A DNA stretch of 63,936 nucleotides, filler included, from Gonapodya sp. JEL0774 (Eukaryota), in assembly GCA_027604505.1 (NCBI GenBank). It is 8 parts of 8 records of this genome, joined end to end, with 100 filler letters (N's around TTAATTAATTAA, not from the genome) between each part and the next. Parts side by side here need not be neighbours in the genome. Positions count along the whole stretch, not along the records: positions 16,090 to 24,028 come from JADIIX010000480.1; positions 24,129 to 32,066 come from JADIIX010000481.1; positions 32,167 to 40,103 come from JADIIX010000482.1; 5 more parts are not named here. One strand, 5' to 3'. The notes under the pieces were generated by a model. That model ran no database searches and had not been told where the DNA came from. It was given only the letters and a program-made list of their open reading frames with translations. Positions 22,124 through 33,342 of the stretch are shown in pieces (position 1 is the first letter of the stretch; each line of letters starts with the position of its first letter). A program made the position numbers and the translations under genes.

Positions 22124-24028
22124 ATGCGATTCCCGAGCGTTGAGCTCCATTTTCTAGCATTGCTCTCACTCGGATCGCTTGCGCTGGAAACCCGCGCTCA
22201 AAACAACTCACAGCTTGCCCTCCGTGACTGTCGATATTTTGAGGATTTGCTCGACGCATCCAAACAGCCCCTGAGATGGACTCGCGGAAACTGTTGTGGC
22301 TACAAAACCATAGTCACAGATCCTGAGGACTCACTACCTGCAGAGGTTGGGTTCACGTGTGGGGCTGATGGACGTATCAAACGAGCCAGCCTTTTTGAGT
22401 TCGGACTCGTGGGACGCAGTCTACCACCATTGACCAACCTGACAAATCTCGAATACTTGGACGTCGGTGAAAACTTCTTCTCGGGCCCATTTCCTTCCGT
22501 GGTTGGGTTGCAAAACCTAAGCTCAATCCTCGCGCGAAATAACAGCTTCACCAGCTTTCCTGAGGGACTAGAGAACCTCACGACACTGGCGTACCTAAGC
22601 TTCCATTGGAACAATATCAGTGCACCCTTTCCGAAGCTCTCACTTCAGCCCATCTTCAGCCTTTACCTTCAAGGTTCGTGTCCAGCATCTCGGCGCTGGT
22701 ACATGCCGCTGCGACTGATTGCGATGATTTGTGTTTAGGCAATAACCTTTCTGGTGCCGTCGATGGTCTCCTTCCGTCGAACCCCAAGAGGTGCCGACTG
22801 ACACACGGCGGAACGAACCCCCTCCTGTTTGCTCAAAACTGCAATAACGTGCCAGGATCCTGTCTTGCCGATGGCCAAGTGGTAAAGAGTCGGACGGAAG
22901 TTGGTGGTTCATTGGTTGAAAATGTCTGTTCGTCGCTCGCAGCATCTGGGAACGCGAGTGTAATCTCAACAAGTGGCGAAACCTCGGCTTCTGGAAATGG
23001 TGCAGCAATCGGAGGTGGGATCGCCGGAGCCGCAGTTGCTATTGCTATCGCAACTGGTGCAATCTATGCCCTTCGACGAAGGAAAGAAAAGGCTGCGAGT
23101 ACCCATGAGGAGGTAAAAGAACCGCACTGGTGAGTCCACTAAATGCATTTGTGACATCAATTTGCCCAACATCACTCGCAACGAAAACTAGGTTTTTCTT
23201 GCGAATCGCTGGTCCACTTGGCCTCGAGGATGAACCAAGTGTGGATTATTCGGGACCACCGTTCAAAGTTGTGCAAGGGGTGAGCAAGAGATTCCGATTG
23301 CCAAGGTTGTCGGAATGTGCCAATCGTGACAGAACCCCCATCCGAATCATTCCCAAACAGTATGAAAAGCAAGCAACTGACGAGATGGATCTGGTGCCGG
23401 GGCACATGGTGCAGATGCGTGCAATCTTTCGTGACGGGTGAGTGCATGTGACCTACCCTCGTTTGGGTAATGAACGTCCCAGATGTTCACGAGCGTTTCC
23501 CGTCTCGTGATCAGGTGGGCTTCATGCTTGGATCTTACTGCATCGACGTCGGGAACAGTTCCACTGTAAGTTTTTCCATATTGCCGACTTGCTTGCAAAG
23601 GTTATATTTGAGTCAATTTTCTGTTTTTTCCAGAGACTGTCTTCTCCTCGCCGACCACATGGTCCTCCCTTCTGGTAACAACACGTTCTCTTTCCCCCTC
23701 GCACCAGGAGAAGGTTCTTACTTCCAAGCCTCTCCTACCTCGGCATCAATGTTCCCAACCGCGCACCCAGGTTCTAACACCTCGCTCGGCAAAGTTTATT
23801 ACTCGGACATTCTGCGGGCCCCTCATTCGGGCTCTCAGGATTCGGGTCCGTCAGCGTCCACTAGTGGAACATTGATTTCTAGCCGGGAAGCACTGCTTGG
23901 AAGTCCGAGTTCAGGAGTGGCTCAGACGTTCTCAAATAGAACAGATTGCTCGATTGCTGGTGGAATGTCATTGCAGTCTTCCAATTTGACTGCCACAAGT
24001 GGTCAGATGGAATTTGCCGGAACCGTTG
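22124..24028 (+). CDS. LRR receptor-like protein 2 (tandem paralog of protein 1), 3'-truncated by the contig end
   Basis: Shared DCRYFEDL..W..G.CC cap; LTNLTNLEYLDVGENFFSGPFP; TM AIGGGIAGAAVAIAIATGAIYAL-RRRK; SH3 YEKQATDEMDLVPGHMVQMRAIFRDGWASCLDLTASTSGTVPLDCL; same intron layout. Confidence 0.88.
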
Positions 24029-24128
24029 NNNNNNNNNNNNNNNNNNNNNNNNNNNNNNNNNNNNNNNNNNNNTTAATTAATTAANNNNNNNNNNNNNNNN
24101 NNNNNNNNNNNNNNNNNNNNNNNNNNNN
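24029..24128. other. Artificial contig spacer
   Basis: 44 N + TTAATTAATTAA + 44 N. Confidence 0.99.
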
Positions 24129-24132
24129 TCGT

Positions 24133-25095
24133 GTGAAAATTGTTGCGGGGACACTGTTTTGGGAGGACATGCTACCGCGACCGAATGAGTTGCTCCGGCA
24201 CGTCTCACACCATACCTGGCGATACCACATCCGAGAAGTGTGCATCGGCTTGCAAGGACATGACAATGCATTCGAAGACTTGCCAGAAGGATACGAGATG
24301 CATTCGGTGACTTCTCTTTCGACCTTCCTACCTGCAGTATCAGCGGACGATTATGCGGCGAGAGCTGCTGCCGTGCACTGGATCGCTCGACTATTGAAAC
24401 TGTTTCCATCGGCATGCAAACTGAGTGGCGCCATGTTTTCTCCCCCTTGGGACGGTGCTTGGGACATGGTCTTGGGTTACGTTCCTCAAGAACGACGGTG
24501 CGGTGTCACGAGTCTCAGCGTTGAGAGTCGGGGAATCTCCTTTCGACAAAATTCTCACTACAGTTTGCTTCTTGCCCCTTTGGTTTATCCCAACCTCAAA
24601 GAGATAGGCATCTTGGGGGTGGTTTTGGATGCCCACGAGAATGGAACCTACACTATTCACCAACACATTCCGGCTGGATCCAAGTTACAGGATGTGAATC
24701 CCTTAATGCAAATTGAAAAACTCACGACAGAAATCATTTTCATATTAACCAAGTACACTGCTTCGACTGAAACCGGAGAATCCGCCGCTGTTCCTGATAT
24801 TGGGAGCAGTACCAACTTCATCTCTGTGCTGACCCGCCTCTTCCCGAACCTCAAGAGCCTCCACCTCCGGTTGGTATCAACAGACGATGCCTTGCGTTCC
24901 GTGGAAGGTTTTCTATCCAGGCTGGTTGCATGGACGGTCGAGAGGCGATCCACTCTGGTCATACTTTCGTATGCGCGCTCTGAGTACGACGAATTAGGCC
25001 CAGAGCACCCATATTGGCCGTCAGTGTTGAAAGGATGGAATGGAACAACCACTTTAAAGATCGTGACGAGCGGGAAAAGGATGAATTCGAGGTGA
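24133..25095 (+). CDS. Hypothetical protein with degenerate RNI-like LRRs, 5'-truncated
   Basis: 320-codon frame open from the contig edge; LLKLFPSACKL, VYPNLKEIG, LTRLFPNLKSLHL. Confidence 0.6.
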   Translation: MKIVAGTLFWEDMLPRPNELLRHVSHHTWRYHIREVCIGLQGHDNAFEDLPEGYEMHSVTSLSTFLPAVSADDYAARAAAVHWIARLLKLFPSACKLSGAMFSPPWDGAWDMVLGYVPQERRCGVTSLSVESRGISFRQNSHYSLLLAPLVYPNLKEIGILGVVLDAHENGTYTIHQHIPAGSKLQDVNPLMQIEKLTTEIIFILTKYTASTETGESAAVPDIGSSTNFISVLTRLFPNLKSLHLRLVSTDDALRSVEGFLSRLVAWTVERRSTLVILSYARSEYDELGPEHPYWPSVLKGWNGTTTLKIVTSGKRMNSR

Positions 25096-25585
25096 TTCAA
25101 GTTGGGGAAGAGCGACGAGTCAGGTGGATCTTATGTTGCCGTAGCGATGATCCCCGATGGACTTGACCGACTCGATGCCATTGTCACATAGTTGAGGGTC
25201 CCCACGCTTGCTTGGCACACCCGGCTGACTATTGGATGGGGACGCCGGCTGATGGCAATTGAGGTTAAGGGAGGGCGCGCTGTATCACTTGGTTGTTTTG
25301 ATGAATTGTCTGATGTGATCGAGACCATAGGCGAACTGTGGTAACGCTCCATACGTTACCTTTGTTTTCGCTACGGAATTCACTCACAATACTCTTTCTG
25401 TACGAAATACACAATCAATCGTAGTTTTAGTAATAAGAATCGGAGACGGCAGGCGTTACGCGGTTGGACAGGTAGTGTTGGTTCTTTGTGTTTGTTCCAC
25501 CAGCAATCATATAACTAATCTGCCGAACCTACGAATATTCTGCCGCCCACCCGGGAATCGCGAGAATCTCAACTGCCGCTTGGCG

Positions 25586-26686
25586 ATGACCTTTGAGAAT
25601 TTGCCATCAGAGTTGCAAACTCTGGTCTCAACGTTCTGGACCGACCTTCGCCTGGGTCTCCCGACCGCCTGCATTTCACGCCGGGTTCTGCCAATACTCT
25701 GCGAACCAGAAGCCATAGCACTACGAGCCATCCGCAAATTCAAGACACCGACGCGGGCGTTGGTCGTCGAATGCTCGCGGTCAGAACCTTCCCTCCCGGT
25801 CGTTCGGTCGCTCGTTCGCCGGGGCATCTGCGTCCAAGACGACGTTCCAGGTTGGCCCACCCTGGACTACAAGATGTACCAAGTTCTGAAGAGCTTAGCA
25901 CGCCGCGGATGCACCGAACTTTTACTGCTTTTGATCGAAAGTGGTGCCTCGGATACGGATCCGTCAAGTTTCGGAATGCGCACTGTACTTTGGGAAGCCG
26001 CTGCCGCCCATCAGACCGAAGTCGTTCGGGTTCTTCTTGAGAGGGGCCACGCACTGTCGCTCAGGAGCATGGCGCTTTATGTTGCTTGCAAAAGCAACGC
26101 CCCTGCTGACATCGTAAGACTTTTGCTCCATGCTGGGACAGACGCAGACCTCGATAGTGCCCTTGAACTCAGCTGCCGTAATTACAGCAGCGGCATTAAA
26201 TCTGAGACTGTCCGTCTTCTTGTTGATCAGGGTGCCTCGGTTGACACCAAAGAAGGGGCCCCTCTCCTTGCCGCCTGTTGGTTCGGGAGTCATGAACTGG
26301 TGGTGTTTCTACTCGACGCGGGAGCCAACGTGAACGGCTTTTCCCGCGCACCTCTGACAGTGGCTGCTAATGGTGGACACTTGGAGGTAGTGAAGACGCT
26401 CGTGGCCCGAGGTGCCGATGCGAACGCAGGGTGTGGCGAAGCGTTGTACCTGGCGGCTTTGAGACAATCGATAGAGATTGTCGCTGTTCTGCTTGAGGTA
26501 ATGAACAGACGGGAAGTGGACATTGTGTGGTATGAGTTGCGAAAGCAAGTTTGGAGAAACCCGAGGATGTTGACACTGTTTTTGTCTCATCGCTTACGAT
26601 GCTATGTGAGAATGATTTGGGGTACATGGACATCAGCGCTCTCAAAGATTTACTCTCGCGTTTGGTTCCCATTTCAGTGGGAATAA
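25586..26686 (+). CDS. Ankyrin-repeat protein with F-box-like N-terminus, single exon
   Basis: MTFENLPSELQTLV start; repeats TVLWEAAAAHQTEVVRVLLERG, PLLAACWFGSHELVVFLLDAGANVN, PLTVAANGGHLEVVKTLVARGADAN. Confidence 0.88.
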   Translation: MTFENLPSELQTLVSTFWTDLRLGLPTACISRRVLPILCEPEAIALRAIRKFKTPTRALVVECSRSEPSLPVVRSLVRRGICVQDDVPGWPTLDYKMYQVLKSLARRGCTELLLLLIESGASDTDPSSFGMRTVLWEAAAAHQTEVVRVLLERGHALSLRSMALYVACKSNAPADIVRLLLHAGTDADLDSALELSCRNYSSGIKSETVRLLVDQGASVDTKEGAPLLAACWFGSHELVVFLLDAGANVNGFSRAPLTVAANGGHLEVVKTLVARGADANAGCGEALYLAALRQSIEIVAVLLEVMNRREVDIVWYELRKQVWRNPRMLTLFLSHRLRCYVRMIWGTWTSALSKIYSRVWFPFQWE

Positions 26687-26770
26687 ATTTGGTCATTGTA
26701 AGGAAAAAGAAATTCAATGACACGCAGACATTTTGATATCAGATATGCTTTTGGTGTTTCCTGCAACCGT

Positions 26771-29261
26771 TCACGAACACACAACGCTCTTCACGCTCTC
26801 CCACAAATGCTTTCGGTACAGTGAAACCTTTTCTTCCGTCCCGTCAGGGAGAGATGAAGCAATCGCTTTCATGCTGTTCGAAAGGGATTTGTATGTGAGC
26901 CTAAACTCTTGCATGCTGATGACATCACCAGATCTCAAATCTCACCAAGCGCATGAGTCCGCATCCTTCCTAAAAAGCGGCCACATCCCAAGAACAGCAC
27001 CCTCCCGCCCTGGCCGCATCCCCCACCCCGTCTTGGTCCCGTCAAACAACTGGGGCATCCTCCCATACGACCCGCCGAAGAACTTCCACGCCTCAACCGT
27101 GCAGTACCCTTCATCTTTCTCGCCCCAATCTTCCCAGAAGTCGGACGACTGTGTCACCTGTGTGCATATTGCTGCCCGAGAAATTCTGTACGCCGTGCGG
27201 AGGTCCTCCGGGTACAGGACTGAAGCTTCGTTCAACAGCTGGAACAGAAATGCAAAGGCCCTGTGCGGGTCACCGGAGGGGAGGAACGTGTCGGCGGTCA
27301 CTTCATCATCCTCGTCTGGAAGATTCCTGAAGACGCCGTGGTGGTCCTTGATAAAGAAGTGGTGTCCTGCGGCTGCTCCCGCATTTGACATATCGCGGCG
27401 ACGATTCTCACATCCGTCGGGCCCAAAGTAGAACATACTTAAACCGCCATCGAACGGAGAGGTGCTGTGCTGTCGCCGACCGCGGAAGTAGTCTCCCAGG
27501 GAGGCTTGTTTCCGGCCCCGAAATGCCTGCCCTGCACACGCCAGCTCTACGTTGTCGAAGTATTTGTCAATGACGTCCAGGCAACTGTTCGAGCATATCT
27601 TGTCGTTCAAATCGTCGAATCTGTTAGGTTGGTAATACACTCGTGATGAAATCGCTTCATTTGCCACCACTCCCTCGAGCACGCATGCATCACTCACAAA
27701 TCTCTATAACAAACATCCCCAAAGTGCGACATGTCTCCTGCGTAGATGCCTTGACCTGTAAGTTCGTTTGTTCCCTGCACCAGCACGGAGATGAATGTTC
27801 CCGCGGGGTCGTCCACCACGCTCACTGCGTCCGATGGGACGCATGCGTGAGCAACTTTTCGGAACGCGTCTGTGTTGTGGAGTGCGGCCACGCAGGACGG
27901 TGTGAGGGAAGGGAGCGAAGGTGGGTACAGGTTCTTTGTGCCTTGAACTTTCCCAGTGGAAGCGCACATGGCGTCCCGGAAGATACGGCCCGACGTCAAA
28001 ATTGATGGGCGGAGCGGTGAGTTGGTGGTCGGAAGTGCGTCCAGTATGGCGTTTGAGCTACGGGGAAGGATAGGGACGGAGATGAGCCAGAAGTAGTCAC
28101 GTACACGAGTGGCGACGTACACGAGTGGCGACCGTCGTCCAGACTCAACTCACCAAGCACACGCATCCTTATACTCCCTACCCGCACTGCCATAGTATGA
28201 CTCGAGTAATTTCTCATCGATCACGAGTTTTGTCCTAGCCGGGTCGTTCTTATCAGGGACTTCGGCCGCGAGATATCCTGCAGGTCCCATAATCTGCCGC
28301 ACCTCGAGAGGGCAGTAGTTGCTGTACGTTGTTTCATCGGTCTGTGGGGTGGGGAGTGACTTAAATAGAGTATTTTCAAGCTCTCCAATCACTTCTACCG
28401 TTACCAACCTGTGGGACTTTTATGCATACGGCAGCGCGTGTGATTTCAAAAGCGCCAGCAAAAGACCCGGCTGTCAAATCTTTGGACCTGTCGAGGCTGT
28501 CTAGGAGAAACCCAGTAAAGAAGTGACTGAGGAACGAGGTGATGCTCGGTCGTTTGTCTTCGGTGGTTTCAGGGGAGGCCGCGGCGACGAAAGGACCTTG
28601 GCCAGCTTTGCAGGCAGGCGCTTCACCAAAAGGGTAAAATTGACCATAGAATAGCTGCGCAGACTCGAAATCCTGGTAAGAGCCATCGCGAAATGGAGGT
28701 GGTTGGACAGAATAGTTTCCCTTGGGCCCGATGAACCGATCAGATCCGCAAACGGATTGAAGACTTTGAAAATACGATGTGAAGGCGGAGGCGCAATCGT
28801 CTGAGCAATAAATGTCGTGGTGCAATGCAATTCTGCATCGGGAGAATTCATGTGTTTGTAAGGGCGGACACGTGTCCTCCGACCATTCCGTTCCAGAATA
28901 CTCACCTATCATTCCAGCATATGTCTGAGCCACCGTATGGTCCACCTGGGGCGTAGAGCTGCCTCATTAAATAGTCCGACGTGCCGAACGTTATCACACT
29001 CTTGAATGCAGTCACGACGTCCAGTCCGGCCAGCCAGGCGCCATGCGGGAGGCAGCTCTGGCTGATGCGTCTGTAGAATGCGTGGTCGTGTATTGCGGCA
29101 TAGCATTCAGGGCCGATTGTTGAATCGGGTGGATCAGGAAGACCAGTGATGGAGATTTGATGCTGGTCGCTGGGAATCCTGGCTGCGAGTGCTCCGACTA
29201 ACAGAGAGACAGAAAACCACGCGATCACAACAATTTCGACAATGTGAAGCATTTGCTGCAT
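26771..29261 (-). CDS. Secreted Cys-rich protein with an internal tandem duplication (multi-exon)
   Basis: Leader IVEIVVIAWFSVSLLVGALAA; chain of minus-strand ORFs bounded by GT-AG sites; last exon WLTYKSLSNSMK...VKSVVCS-stop at 26771; two homologous Cys-patterned units. Middle exon borders not all resolved. Confidence 0.7.
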
Positions 29262-29716
29262 TCTGCGGAGATTCGTGGTATTTTGGTGCGTGGAGGCGGA
29301 CTAAGTCGAGGGGGCGGCGACCATAGCACGACCGTGGGAGGCACTCATGACCACATCGGGCATTTTTTATTATTACACACTTTTGGCGAACACGCCGTAG
29401 AGTAGTCCACCGTGCTCTCACGTTGCACTTTGATTTTAAATATTGATTACAATGCAAAAATACGTTCACATGCATAGTTGACTTCAAACTGCCAGAAACT
29501 CTCAGACTCTCAAAGTTCGGCTTGGATTTGCAAAACATTGCTCCAAGATGTTGAGAGTCTGTGTCTCGACCTAAAGCAGCAGACCCGTTTAAGATGAAGA
29601 TGGTCGGGCGCCTTTGCTGGGGATTGCAGAAGGGTCGCGATCGGCCCAACCCATCCGATCCATCCTCGCCATCTTCACCTTATAACCACATTAATAGCGC
29701 TTTCTCGCTCTGCTCC

Positions 29717-31497
29717 ATGGCATCTCCACCAAAATCTCCGACCTCCACCTCCGCACCCACCCGCCTGCAATTCTTCTTCGACTTCCTCTCCGTAAGCCGT
29801 CGCTTTCACAAATGCATCACTCGGCCCTTCCGTCCAGAGCTCACCCCTCGGTCCACCAGCCATATGCCTACCTTGCCCACCACAACCTCCGCCGTTTCCG
29901 CGCATCGCCCGGTGCGGACCCCTTTACCGTCGAGATCAGACCTGTGCTATTTGGCGGACTTTTAGAGTATTGGGGACAACTGGGACCCGCCGAAGTGCCA
30001 CCTAAGAGGATGTGGTGAGTTTTTTTGTTGTTGGAAGGATATACTGAAGGAATTGGGAACGTTGGTAAGAAAGGCTCATGGGTAGGGCCAGGTACTACGG
30101 CGGAAGATGGAGATTATTCGGCTGATTCAGGGTTCGTGGCCGCTCTTTCACTCGTCTGCTCTCATATCGTGTCATATGATCCTCTCTTCGTCTGTGTATA
30201 ATGATCTTACAGGATGGCCAAAGACATTGCCCGGTACGTTCGATCCATTCAGTATTCTTCACCTAATATCCTTCCACTGAGCTTGGTCGCTTTTCCTGAT
30301 ACGTGCTCCCTGACGTACTATACCTGTTTCACCGCCTGCATTGTCACTACTCCGGCCCCCGTACATGCTCGACATCGCTCAGTTATGCCCACACCCATAA
30401 CATACCTTTCGGATACCCAAAAGTCCACCCGTTCAAACCATTGATCGCTCTGCGGTGTGTGTGACAGATGGGTTAGCTCGCAATTTTTTTGATATGCTGA
30501 TCTTGTCCTTCTCCTGGAACTGCTCCCGACTTTGTTACTCTCTCGGACCTCAAACTCCTCCCGCCCACCGTCTTCCATACAATTCACGGTGCAATTGGGC
30601 GACATTTTCTTTCTGCTACTACGCTTCATACCTCCTTACAAAGTCTTTCGCTCAAAGAAATTGCCGGAGATTTGCAGGACAAGATTGTGGACACTTTATT
30701 CGATGCGGCGTGGGGTGAGTTGAACGAACTGCTGACTGGGTGTTCGGGGGTTGAGAGCAGTGTTAGTTTCATACTCATGCTCCACTCCATTCACCTTGAA
30801 TGCGGTGCTTTCTACTGTCGCACGCTGACCCATACTACGAACCCCGCATTCCACATATGTTGATCCCCTCTTTTCCTGGCTATTCGTTGTTACAACCCAC
30901 GCACCTTCCGAATCCCGTTCCAGGTTCTCCCTTCCTCTACGACCTCGGCAACCCGAACGACCTCCACGACCTCCTCGTCCACCGCGCTGGTCTCACTCCA
31001 TCACACGCGACTCACCTCCTCTCTCTCGCCCAGTCCCCCCGCGCTTCCCAGCTGCTCCGTGAATCCACTACTCAGGCGATAAAGGAGCACGGCGTGTTTG
31101 GAGTCCCGAGCTTCGTGGTGAACGGGGAACTGTATTGGGGGAATGATAATTGGGAGTATGTGGTGAGGGATTTGGAGGGGCAGGGGGTCTTGAAAGGGGA
31201 TGAACAGGTGAAAGGTGAGTGGTGCAAAACCGGGGCACCAGGCGATGGTTGCTCTGCCAGTGTAAGGGGTGCACGTCACGTCGTTTCCCGTTTTCTTCCG
31301 TACGTGCACCTGAACTGTCTTCAATTCCATATCTGCCTTGCCTGCACTTCAAATATACTTCTCATCGGGGATGGGTCCAATTCTATATCACTGCCTTCCG
31401 CCTGCGGACAGCCATGTGGACGAAATGGAAGACTCTTGAACGGGGGACGGACAGGAAGGGGATGAATCCAGAGGAGAGGCTGAAGGGAAAGTTATAA
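29717..31497 (+). CDS. DSBA-like thioredoxin / kappa-class GST (HCCA isomerase family), multi-exon
   Basis: LQFFFDFLS|PYAYLA, RPVLFGGLL, GPAEVPPKRMW|MAKDIAR (21-nt exon 30213-30233), HPFKPLIALR, GVFGVPSFVVNGELYWGND. Confidence 0.9.
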
Positions 31498-32066
31498 AAC
31501 TCCTATAATCGTGGTGAAACGCACAAACAGAGCTCGTCGAGTGTGTGGCCGCGTATTTCTAGTCCGCCCGGGGGAGAGATCCGGTACTCCCCGGAGTTGC
31601 AACGAGAACAATATATCGAAAAGTTTGGCCCGCATCTATGTGTCATTCGGGCCCGGTAATCGTGAGGTGGGAGACGGATCGTGCACCAACTGAGGGAACT
31701 TTCCTCTCTGCCAAGCCCGACCGCAGCATTACATTAGCATTACGTTACTGAAAGACCGACTCCAGCTGGAAAGCATTATCAAAAAAGCCCCCGCTTCCCC
31801 TTTCATGTGCCGGTAGGCAGTTATGTGACCGCGATACGGTACATACACATATCAACAACAACCACGGTCATACGAGAAAATTTTGCACTCGGTGGGGCTA
31901 CACAATATTTTCAGTAACAGCATGTTCATGAAATAAAGCAGTCCAGGTCCCGGAATGCGAACCAACGGGGGAAGTTGAGATGGCCCGGTCCACTTTTTTC
32001 TTGGTGTTTCGGGGCCAAAACCGTGACGGCATCACCCGACCCTTCCCGAACCTACACGTCCACGTC

Positions 32067-32166
32067 NNNNNNNNNNNNNNNNNNNNNNNNNNNNNNNNNN
32101 NNNNNNNNNNTTAATTAATTAANNNNNNNNNNNNNNNNNNNNNNNNNNNNNNNNNNNNNNNNNNNN
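32067..32166. other. Artificial contig spacer
   Basis: 44 N + TTAATTAATTAA + 44 N. Confidence 0.99.
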
Positions 32167-32930
32167 GTAGTTTTTCATTCCCAGGCCATCCAACATCAAA
32201 ATTGGCACATGTGATGATTGTTTGGACAAAATATTAAGCCTATCAATTTGTAAAATGTATGGAGTTACCCATTCAAATCACCACCAGACACTGATCCTAT
32301 GCTATCATAATTAGTCATTGTGGGATCATGTTCAACCACTCCCATGCAATCTGTCATTAGAATTAGCGTTTTTTGTGTTTGTTCTGAAAAGAAATTAGTG
32401 ACTTGAAAGTGTAAAATGGATGCAGTTACAAATTGAAGAGCTGCCTGTCCTAATGAGTGCCAATCACAATTAGTCATCATTGGATCAAAATCTTGTACTC
32501 TCATACATTCTCACATCAAAATTGACATGTATTGTGTCGGTTTTGAGAAGAAAATGGAGGTTGTAATATGTAAAATGTGTGGAGTTACAAATTCAAAGGT
32601 TCGCCAACCCATATTAGCACCCATCACCATTGGTCATCATGGGTGAATATTCTAACACTCCCAAGCAATCTCACATCAACTTTGACATGTTTCATGGTGG
32701 TTTTGAGAAGAAACTAGAGATTTCAATATGTAAAATGTGTGGAGTTACAAATTCAAAGGTTCGGCCAACCCATATCAGCACATTCACTATTGGTCATCAT
32801 TGGAGGGTCTTTCAACACTTCTAACACTTCTAGCAACAATATTGATATGTAATATGTTGGTTTAATCAAGAAAATTGGGACTTGAAAGTGTTTCAAGTAC
32901 AGAGTTACAAATTCAAAGTTTTGGGCCATT
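32167..32930. repeat. Diverged AT-rich tandem repeat, 160-bp period, about 5 copies
   Basis: Core TGTAAAATGTRTGGAGTTACAAATTCAAA recurs near 32249, 32410, 32569, 32729 and 32889; ACATCAA motifs at about 32191, 32511 and 32671. Confidence 0.88.
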
Positions 32931-33171
32931 TCACCAGTTTGGGCCCAAAAAACCCTCCTTTCACAGGTGTAACTGGACTTGCCCCCTCACAAAAAACATT
33001 CTACTACATATTGGGAGTATTTGAGGCAGTTTGGAGTGGGGCAAAAAAGAGTATCACAGTCACGCACCCCTAGTAGAGAGCTTGTGGTGAGCGGGGCGAG
33101 AAGGAGTCGGGAAGTTAACGCGGAATGCATGTGGTGCAGCACCGACCCTGGTAGCAGGGTCAGTCGAGATG

Positions 33172-33181
33172 TATATATTAT
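33172..33181 (+). promoter_or_regulatory. TATA-like element upstream of ANK-SH3 gene 1
   Basis: TATATATTAT is conserved at nearly the same distance upstream of the paralog (37238-37247). Confidence 0.5.
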
Positions 33182-33342
33182 GTACGTAGTACAAAGATAT
33201 TTAATAATGAAGTTACAAATCCGCGTCGTCGCTCGCGGCGGTGTTTAGAAAGTCTGCAGAAACATATGGCGCAGCCTGGTCACAGCAACAACCGAAACCG
33301 CAAACAAAGCTCTACATCACGAAAATCCGAATGAAAACCGCC

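Noticed and set aside
32167..32930. Regularly spaced conserved core resembling a CRISPR array
   Set aside because: The sequence between cores is also homologous, the period is 160 bp, the context is eukaryotic and no cas genes are present.
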